Assembly: GCA_036406835.1 (NCBI GenBank)
Contig: DASXAG010000047.1
Coordinates: 6,436 to 70,435, forward strand
Origin: Thermoanaerobaculia bacterium
Lineage (GTDB): Bacteria > Acidobacteriota > Thermoanaerobaculia > UBA5066 > Gp7-AA6
DNA: 64,000 bases
Direction: 5' to 3'
The notes under the pieces are model-generated. The model was not told where the DNA came from. It was given only the letters and a program-made list of their open reading frames with translations, and ran no database searches. Both the position numbers and the translations under genes were made by a program. This document shows, piece after piece, positions 57,808-64,000 of the stretch. Every line of letters begins with the position of its first letter. The stretch's first letter is position 1.

Positions 57808-59331
57808 ATGAGCACCACAGCGCCGACCGCGGCGACCACGGCCACCGGAACGATCGCGGCTCCCTCGAAGGCGATGGAGCGCGTCCGACGGGCGCTGCTC
57901 GGCGGACATCCGCTGATCTACGTGCTGACGTGGGAGGAGACCCGCGTCGAGCGCCTGACGCAGCACCTCGCCAAGACGTTCTACGGCGCGCCGGTCTCCT
58001 ACGGCGTGTGGTCGGTGGTCGACGGGCTGACCGTCGACGGCACGCCGGTGCCGAACACGCAGGATCCGCTGCGCGCGCTCGAGGCCATCCTGGCCTCGCA
58101 GGACAAGGGCTTCTTCATCCTCAAGGACTTTCCGACGACGAGCGACGGCCGGCCCGAGATCGTCCGCCGCCTCCGCGACCTCTACCGCGCGCTCAAGGAC
58201 CGCGGCCGCCACGTGATGATCGTCTCGCCGCGGCTCGCGATCCCCGAGGACCTCAAGAAGGAGATCTACGTCGTCGAGTACGAGCTCCCCGACGACAACG
58301 AGATCTCGAAGATCCTGGACGGCCTCCTGCGGCGGCGGCTGTCCGTCACGATCGACGAGGCCGCGATGCGGCGGCTCTCGCTCGCGATGCGCGGCCTGAC
58401 CGCCGACGAGATCGGGCACCTCGTGTCGAAGGTCTTCGCGTCGCGCCGGGTCTTCGACGAGGCGGCGTTCCTGGAGGTCCTGGCCGAGAAGGAGCAGATG
58501 TCCCGGAAGGAGGGCGTCCTCGAGTTCGTCCCGCCGCGCTTCTCGCTCGAGGACATCGGCGGCTACCTCGTGCTCAAGGAATGGCTGCAGAAGCGCCAGT
58601 CGCTCTTCTCGAAGGACGCGCTCGACGCCGGCATCCCGATCCCGAAGGGGATCCTGCTCATGGGGATCTCGGGGTGCGGGAAGAGCCTGTGCGTCAAGAC
58701 CATCTCGACGCTCTGGAACCTGCCGCTCTTCCGGCTCGACATGAACGCGGTCTTCGGGACCGACAACGCCGAGATGACCTTCCTGCGGGCGCTGCGCGCG
58801 GTCGAGGCCGTCTCGCCCGCGGTGCTCTGGATCGACGAGATCGAGATGGGCGTCGGCGGGTACCGCGAGGGCCAGGACGCGTCGATGTCGCGCATCTTCT
58901 CCGGATTCCTGACGTGGATGCAGGAGAAGGCCGCGATGGTCTTCGTGGCGGCGACCGCCAACCGGATCCACCTGCTCCCGGCGGAGATCATCCGCAAGGG
59001 CCGCTTCGACCAGGTCTTCTTCGTGGACCTCCCGAACGAGGAGGAGCGCAAGCAGATCTTCTCGATCCACCTGAAGCGCAACAAGTGCGACGTCGAGCGG
59101 TTCGACCTGGTCTTCCTGGCCAAGGCGACGGTGGGCTGGAACGGCGCGGAAATCGAGCAGGCGGTGGTCTCGGCCGTCGTGGACGCCTACGCGGAGAACC
59201 GCCAGCTGACGGAGGACGACCTCTACAAGATGATCTCGGCCACGGTCCCGCTGTCGGTGACCATGGAGGAGCAGATCAAGCAGATCCGCAGCTGGGCCCA
59301 CGAGCGGGCGCTGAACGCGTCGAGGAATTAG
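57808..59331 (+). CDS. AAA+ ATPase, Ycf46-like
   Basis: Track ORF 57805..59331. GILLMGISGCGKSL Walker A, VLWIDEIE Walker B, VFVAATANRIHLLPAEIIRKGRFDQVFFVDLP sensor/Arg-finger region, and a ~260-aa N-terminal non-ATPase domain. Confidence 0.85.
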   Translation: MSTTAPTAATTATGTIAAPSKAMERVRRALLGGHPLIYVLTWEETRVERLTQHLAKTFYGAPVSYGVWSVVDGLTVDGTPVPNTQDPLRALEAILASQDKGFFILKDFPTTSDGRPEIVRRLRDLYRALKDRGRHVMIVSPRLAIPEDLKKEIYVVEYELPDDNEISKILDGLLRRRLSVTIDEAAMRRLSLAMRGLTADEIGHLVSKVFASRRVFDEAAFLEVLAEKEQMSRKEGVLEFVPPRFSLEDIGGYLVLKEWLQKRQSLFSKDALDAGIPIPKGILLMGISGCGKSLCVKTISTLWNLPLFRLDMNAVFGTDNAEMTFLRALRAVEAVSPAVLWIDEIEMGVGGYREGQDASMSRIFSGFLTWMQEKAAMVFVAATANRIHLLPAEIIRKGRFDQVFFVDLPNEEERKQIFSIHLKRNKCDVERFDLVFLAKATVGWNGAEIEQAVVSAVVDAYAENRQLTEDDLYKMISATVPLSVTMEEQIKQIRSWAHERALNASRN

Positions 59332-59398
59332 TTCTCAGTTTTCAGCTCACAGTTTTCAGTCTCTCAGAATTGACAACTGACAACTGACAACTGACAAC
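59332..59398. repeat. AT-rich heptad-periodic element: (TTNTCAG)x5 followed by inverted (AACTGAC)x4
   Basis: TTCTCAG TTTTCAG CTCACAG TTTTCAG tCTCTCAG AATTGAC AACTGAC AACTGAC AACTGAC AAC. It fills the whole gap between convergent genes. Confidence 0.9.
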
Positions 59399-60039
59399 TA
59401 GTTTCGCCGCGCGTCCATCTCCCGCGGCCGAAACGGCGCGAGGAAGTTGACACGGGCCTTCCACTCGGACATCCGCCCGAAGACCGCCGCGTACCGCTCC
59501 GGGAGCGCGTCGGTCTCGAGCAGGGACTGGAGCTCCCACGGCGTGTACCGCAGTCGCAGCGCGATCTCCGAGGCCAGCCGCTCCGCGGAGAGAGACTCGG
59601 AGGGCAGCGGGGGGAGCTCGAGGTCGCGCGCGAGCTCGCCGAAGAGCTCCACGGCGCCGGAGAGCGCGCGGGCCTGGACGTCCGGATCGAGGAAGGGGAG
59701 CGAGCGGATCTCCTCCACCCGCGCCACGCGGTACGGGCGGCCCCCGGCCTCCTCCTCGAGCACGCGGTAGCGGAATCGGGCCTGGAGCACGATGTTGTAG
59801 CGGCCGTCCTCGAGCTCCTCGGACTCGACGATCTCGCCCGCGCCGCCGATCGGGAAGATCTCGGGGACCGCGATTCCCTCCGATCCCGGCTTCCACATCG
59901 CCATGCCGATGGTCCGGTCGCCGCGCAGGGCGTCGGACACCATCGCCCGGTAGCGGTCCTCGAAGATGTGTAGCGGCAGAAGCGTCTCGGGGAGCAGCAC
60001 GACGCCGGGTAGCGGAAAGAGCGGAAGCGAGCGGATCAC
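59398..60039 (-). CDS. LON N-terminal (substrate-binding) domain protein
   Basis: Track ORF. LPLFPLPGVVLLPETLLPLHIFEDRYR is the canonical LON-N start. Confidence 0.8.
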   Translation of the reverse strand: MIRSLPLFPLPGVVLLPETLLPLHIFEDRYRAMVSDALRGDRTIGMAMWKPGSEGIAVPEIFPIGGAGEIVESEELEDGRYNIVLQARFRYRVLEEEAGGRPYRVARVEEIRSLPFLDPDVQARALSGAVELFGELARDLELPPLPSESLSAERLASEIALRLRYTPWELQSLLETDALPERYAAVFGRMSEWKARVNFLAPFRPREMDARRN

Positions 60040-60455
60040 GGCGCGGAGGGCGCCGCGGGCGCGCCCGTCGCCCGCTGCGAGGCGGCGGCCTGCGACGAGT
60101 GGGACAGGGCCTCGACGTACTCCACGGTCTGGCGAATCTCCTCGTCGGTCAGCTTACCCTCGAAGCGCGGCATCGGGTCGCGGCCGTTCCGGATCTGGTT
60201 CTCGATGGCGGCCGGGCTCCCGTCGGAGCGCCAGACGCCGTCGACCAGGTTCGCGTAGGGGAAGTGCCCGGCCACGACCGTCCGCCCGTCCCCGTTGGAG
60301 TTGTGGCAGGACGCGCACTTGCGCTGGAAGATGCGCTCGCCCGCCGCGACGTCGCGGTCCACGCGGGCCTCCTCCGGAAGCGGCGTGTTCCGGCAACCGG
60401 CCGACACGAAGGGGAACAGCAGCAGCAGCCACGCGGCGAGCGGCAGCCTTCGCAC
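60036..60455 (-). CDS. c-type cytochrome, lipoprotein
   Basis: Track ORF. Lipobox FVSAGC, heme site CASCH, distal PMP. GTG start. Its stop overlaps the LON-N gene start. Confidence 0.8.
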   Translation of the reverse strand: MRRLPLAAWLLLLFPFVSAGCRNTPLPEEARVDRDVAAGERIFQRKCASCHNSNGDGRTVVAGHFPYANLVDGVWRSDGSPAAIENQIRNGRDPMPRFEGKLTDEEIRQTVEYVEALSHSSQAAASQRATGAPAAPSAP

Positions 60456-60461
60456 GCGCGG

Positions 60462-60467
60462 AGTCTA
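60462..60467 (-). promoter_or_regulatory. -10-like box TAGACT 6 nt upstream of GTG 60455
   Basis: Seen on the minus strand of the divergent gap. No SD. Confidence 0.3.
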
Positions 60468-60509
60468 GCGCACGGGTCCCGCCCTCCCGCCGTCTTGAAG
60501 GAACGCTCA

Positions 60510-60538
60510 TTTACCCGAGGGAACGGCCGTGCTAAGTT
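60510..60538 (+). promoter_or_regulatory. promoter TTTACC-17-TAAGTT, 9 nt from ATG 60548
   Basis: -35-like box at 60510..60515, 17-nt spacer, -10-like box at 60533..60538. Confidence 0.4.
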
Positions 60539-60547
60539 CCCGCCCTC

Positions 60548-60820
60548 ATGGCCGAGCGGAAGGACCGGGTCCTCGAAAACGTTCCGGGGAAGTACTACGT
60601 CGACGCCCAGTGCATCGACTGCGACGTGTGCCGCGTCACGGCGCCGTACAACTTCCAGCGGAACGAGGACAAGGGCTACTCCTTCGTGATCCGCCAGCCC
60701 GAGAGCCCGGAGGAGGAGGCGCAGTGCCAGGAGGCGATGGACTCCTGCCCCGTGGAGGCCATCGGGAGCGACGGCGTCCGGGCCGAGCCGGCTCCCGCCG
60801 CCGACCGCGCGCGCCGCTAG
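60548..60820 (+). CDS. ferredoxin (single Fe-S cluster type)
   Basis: Track [16 protein letters not shown] ... CPVEAI cysteine pattern. Confidence 0.8.
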   Translation: MAERKDRVLENVPGKYYVDAQCIDCDVCRVTAPYNFQRNEDKGYSFVIRQPESPEEEAQCQEAMDSCPVEAIGSDGVRAEPAPAADRARR

Positions 60821-61767
60821 GTCGCGAGGCCTCGCGAGGACGGAACCGAGCGGAAGTACTCGATTGTCCGCTGCAGCCCCTCGTCGAGCCTGACCCTCGG
60901 TTCCCAGCCCAGGAGCGTCCTCGCCTTGGTGATGTCGGGCTGCCGCACCTTGGGGTCGTCCACCGGCAGCGGACGGAAGACGATCTCGCTCTGCGTTCCG
61001 GTCAGCTTCTTGATCGTCCGGGCGAACTCGAGCACGGAGAGCTCCGCCGGGTTGCCGATGTTGCAGGGATCGGCCACGTCGGACAGCAGGAGCCGGTAGA
61101 TCCCGTCGATGAGGTCGGCGACGTAGCAGAAGGAGCGGGTCTGCGAGCCGTCGCCGAACACCGTCATGGGCTCGCCCGTCAGGGCCTGGCCGATGAGGGC
61201 GGGGACGACGCGCCCGTCGCGCGGACGCATCCGCTCGCCGTAGGTGTTGAAGATCCGGACGATCCGCGTGTCGACGCCGTGCGAGCGCCGGTAGGCCATC
61301 GTCATCGCCTCGGAGAATCGCTTGGCCTCGTCGTAGACGCCGCGGGGGCCGATCGGGTTCACGTTGGCCCAGTACGTCTCGGGGTGGGGATGGACGAGCG
61401 GGTCGCCGTAGACCTCGGAGGTCGAGGCGAGGAGGAACCGGGCGCTCTTGGCGAGCGCGAGACCCAGCGCGTTGTGGGTACCGAGCGAGCCGACCTTGAG
61501 CGTCTGGATCGGCAGCTCGAGGTAGTCGATCGGCGACGCGGGCGACGCGAAGTGCAGCACGGCGTCGAGCGGGCCGTCCACGAAGATGTACTGGGCGACG
61601 TTGTGCCGGACGAAGCGGAATCGCTTCTCGTCCTGGAGGTGCGCGATGTTGCGCTCGTTGCCGGTGAGGAGGTTGTCCATGGCGATGACCTCGTGGCCCT
61701 CGCGAAGCAGCCGGTCGCAGAGATGGCTCCCCAGGAACCCGGCGCCGCCCGTGACGAGTACTCTCAC
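60817..61767 (-). CDS. UDP-glucuronate decarboxylase (UDP-xylose synthase)
   Basis: Track [44 protein letters not shown] behind AAGGAG. Confidence 0.88.
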   Translation of the reverse strand: MRVLVTGGAGFLGSHLCDRLLREGHEVIAMDNLLTGNERNIAHLQDEKRFRFVRHNVAQYIFVDGPLDAVLHFASPASPIDYLELPIQTLKVGSLGTHNALGLALAKSARFLLASTSEVYGDPLVHPHPETYWANVNPIGPRGVYDEAKRFSEAMTMAYRRSHGVDTRIVRIFNTYGERMRPRDGRVVPALIGQALTGEPMTVFGDGSQTRSFCYVADLIDGIYRLLLSDVADPCNIGNPAELSVLEFARTIKKLTGTQSEIVFRPLPVDDPKVRQPDITKARTLLGWEPRVRLDEGLQRTIEYFRSVPSSRGLAT

Positions 61768-61791
61768 TCTGGACTCCTTTGATCTCGACCG

Positions 61792-63090
61792 CTAGCCGCG
61801 CCCGACGCCGGCGTAGGTCCAGCCGGCCTCGCGCATTTCGCTCGGTTCGTAGACGTTGCGGAGGTCGATCATGGTCGGCGAGCGCAGGAGGCCCTCGAGG
61901 CGCTTGAGGTCGAGCGCCCGGAACTCGTTCCACTCCGTGGCCAGCACGAGGAAGTCGGCTCCGGAGGCGCAGTCGTACGCGTTCTTCGCGTAGTGGATCC
62001 CGGGATGGGACGCGCGCGCGTTCGGCATCGCGGCCGGATCGAAGGCGCGGACCGACGCGCCGGCCTTCATCAGGCCCTCCACGACGGCGAGGGCCGGCGA
62101 CTCGCGGATGTCGTCGGTCTCCGGCTTGAACGACAGGCCCAGCACGGCGGCGGTCTTCCCGGCGAGGGGTCCGGCCGTCGCCGCGATCTTCTCGAGCATG
62201 CGCGCCTTCGTCTGCGCGTTGACGCGCATCGTGGCCTCGATGATCTCGAACGCGTAGCCGTTCTGGCGGGCGAGGTCCGCCGCCGCCGCCGTGTCCTTCG
62301 GGAAGCAGGAGCCCCCGAAGCCGGGCCCCGGGTGGAGGAACTTGCCGCCGATGCGCCGGTCGAGTCCCATGCCCTTGGCCACGTCGTGCACGTCGGCGCC
62401 CATCAGCTCGCAGATCCGCGCGATCTCGTTGATGAAGGAGATCTTGACCGCGAGGAAGCCGTTCGACGCGTACTTGATGAGCTCCGCCGACGCGACGTCG
62501 GTGATGAGGATCGGCGTCTCGATCAGGTAGAGCGGGCCGTAGATCTCGCGCATGACCTCGATCGCGCGGGGGTCGTTGGCGCCGATGATGATGCGGTCCG
62601 GCCGCAGGAAGTCGGAGACGGCCGAGCCCTCGCGGAGGAACTCGGGGTTCGAGACGACCGAGAAGTCGTGGCGCCCGTTCTTCTGCCGGATGATCTGCTC
62701 GATCATCTTGCCGGTTCCCGTGGGCACCGTCGACTTCGTCACGACGACCTTGTAGCCGTTCATGTGCTCGGCGATCGCCGTCGCGACCTGCTGCACGAAC
62801 GTGAGGTCCGGCGAGCCGTCGGGGCGGGGCGGCGTTCCGACCGCGATGAAGATCGCGAGCGCGTCCTCGATGGACCCCTTCAGGTCCGTGGTGAAGCGCA
62901 GGCGCCCGGCGCGCTCGTTGCGCGACACGATGTCGTGGAGGCCCGGCTCGTAGATCGGGATCTCGCCGCGCTGGAGGGAGGCGATCTTCTCCGCGTCCTT
63001 GTCGACGCAGACGACGTTCATGCCGAAGTCGGCGAGGCAGGCCCCCGTGACCAGCCCGACGTATCCGGTCCCGACCATGCAGATGTTCAT
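61792..63090 (-). CDS. ugd: UDP-glucose 6-dehydrogenase
   Basis: Track ORF 61792..63117 trimmed to ATG 63090. [26 protein letters not shown] catalytic Cys. Confidence 0.9.
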   Translation of the reverse strand: MNICMVGTGYVGLVTGACLADFGMNVVCVDKDAEKIASLQRGEIPIYEPGLHDIVSRNERAGRLRFTTDLKGSIEDALAIFIAVGTPPRPDGSPDLTFVQQVATAIAEHMNGYKVVVTKSTVPTGTGKMIEQIIRQKNGRHDFSVVSNPEFLREGSAVSDFLRPDRIIIGANDPRAIEVMREIYGPLYLIETPILITDVASAELIKYASNGFLAVKISFINEIARICELMGADVHDVAKGMGLDRRIGGKFLHPGPGFGGSCFPKDTAAAADLARQNGYAFEIIEATMRVNAQTKARMLEKIAATAGPLAGKTAAVLGLSFKPETDDIRESPALAVVEGLMKAGASVRAFDPAAMPNARASHPGIHYAKNAYDCASGADFLVLATEWNEFRALDLKRLEGLLRSPTMIDLRNVYEPSEMREAGWTYAGVGRG

Positions 63091-64000
63091 GCTTGTGTTT
63101 GTTGGCTCCGGTACCACTCCACCGACTTCCGGAGGCCCTCCCGCAGGGACACCCGGGGACGATAGCCCAGCAGACGCTCCGCCTTCGCGACCGAGGCGAA
63201 GGTCACCGGCACGTCTCCGGGCTGGTCGCCGTCGCGCGCGAGGCGGGCGCGCCTCCCGGTGGCCTCCTCGAGCGCCGCGACGAGCTCCGACAGCGTGACC
63301 GGGTGCGCGCTGCCGAGGTTCAGGATCTCGAAGTCGAGGTCCGCCTGGAGCGCCGCCTCGACCCCGTCGGCGATGTCGTCGATGTAGGTGTAGTCGCGCC
63401 GCGAGCTGCCGTCCCCGAAGAAAGGGATCGGCTCGTCCGACTCGAGGCAGCGGATGAAGCGCGCGATCGCCATCTCGGGCCGCTGGCGCGGGCCGTAGAC
63501 GGTGAAGAAGCGAAGGCAGGCCGCCCGGAGGCCGTGCAGGTGGTGGACGGAGTAGACGTGCAGCTCGCCGGCCCTCTTGGTGGTCGCGTAGGGGGAGATC
63601 GGCCGCGCGATGGGGTCCTCCTCCGCGAAGGGCAGCTTCGAGTTGGTTCCGTACACCGAGGACGACGAGGCGAAGAGGAACCGCGGCCCGCCGTGCGCGA
63701 CGGCCGCCTCGAGGAGGTGGAGCGTCGCGACGCAGTTGACCTCCTCGTAGAGCACCGGCTGGTGCAGCGACGGACGGACGCCCGCGCGGGCGGCGAGGTG
63801 GATGACGGCGTCGAAGCGCTCCTCGGCGAAGAGGCGGAACACGAGCCCCCGGTCGCGGATGTCGCCCTCCACCAGGCGATAGGCGGGGGAGCCCAGGTGC
63901 GCCTCGACGTTCGCGCGCTTGAGGCGCGGGTCGTAGAAGTCGTTGAAGTCGTCGAGCACGACCACCCGATCGCCGCGCGCGAGCCGGCGGTCCGCGAGAT
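63087..64000 (-). CDS. NAD-dependent nucleotide-sugar epimerase (UDP-glucuronate 4-epimerase-like); 5' end lies beyond the right edge
   Basis: Track ORF 63087..63965 stays open upstream to the window edge (..LADRRLARGDRVVVLDDF). SSSSVYG, YATTKR (YxxxK). Its stop overlaps the ugd start (ATGA). Confidence 0.85.
   Translation of the reverse strand, partial: LADRRLARGDRVVVLDDFNDFYDPRLKRANVEAHLGSPAYRLVEGDIRDRGLVFRLFAEERFDAVIHLAARAGVRPSLHQPVLYEEVNCVATLHLLEAAVAHGGPRFLFASSSSVYGTNSKLPFAEEDPIARPISPYATTKRAGELHVYSVHHLHGLRAACLRFFTVYGPRQRPEMAIARFIRCLESDEPIPFFGDGSSRRDYTYIDDIADGVEAALQADLDFEILNLGSAHPVTLSELVAALEEATGRRARLARDGDQPGDVPVTFASVAKAERLLGYRPRVSLREGLRKSVEWYRSQQTQA

Noticed and set aside
56116-59301. 1061-aa minus-strand ORF and the 1016-aa plus-strand ORF 56337..59387 spanning the pentapeptide and AAA+ genes
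   Set aside because: Both run through two oppositely oriented real genes with clear motifs. Their translations are low-complexity R/G/E/D strings. They are GC-driven artefacts.
59371-59398. Possible CRISPR or minisatellite (TGACAAC x4)
   Set aside because: The units are 7 bp and directly tandem with no spacers, and no cas genes are present. It is reported as a repeat element instead.

Overview
This is a very GC-rich bacterial chromosomal segment. Third codon positions are almost all G/C, so the six-frame track is full of long spurious Arg/Pro/Ala-rich ORFs on both strands. I can support about 58 protein-coding genes. I see no rRNA, tRNA, CRISPR array, transposase, integrase or phage genes. 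Housekeeping genes: lat (5' part), rsmA, RNase J, uppP, asd plus a short aspartokinase, ftsK, fmt, rsmB, groES-groEL behind a perfect CIRCE operator, a class A PBP, uvrA. Signalling genes: two GGDEF diguanylate cyclases (one GAF-linked, one with a periplasmic beta-propeller sensor). Envelope-glycan loci: (1) 20.3-29.3 kb, acetamido-sugar synthesis genes plus a polyprenyl-phosphate GT2 and two large GT-C-like membrane proteins; (2) 32.4-39.8 kb, a GT2/GT4/GT2/priming phosphotransferase/GT2/Wzy-like operon; (3) 60.8-64 kb, UDP-xylose synthase, UDP-glucose dehydrogenase and an epimerase. Transport genes: a GldA/GldF/GldG-like ABC system with a DUF4340 protein, and a divergent ABC system with a membrane thioredoxin. 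Candidates for something undescribed: (a) a divergent pair at 56.3-59.3 kb, a ~480-aa all-pentapeptide-repeat protein with a basic tail and a Ycf46-like AAA+ ATPase, driven from a mirror-symmetric promoter; (b) a family of AT-rich intergenic elements built from inverted arrays of 7-bp units (TTNTCAG / CTGACAA) at 16.3 kb and 59.3 kb, with a related AAAATCN array at 5.6 kb; (c) -10-like hexamers 6-9 nt upstream of the start codon at about 12 genes, most of them operon heads, which implies widespread leaderless transcription; (d) the periplasmic glycosylation module with two GT-C enzymes; (e) a wHTH plus membrane-protein operon at 7.0-9.6 kb. All functional calls come from reading motifs in the translations. 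No database search was run.
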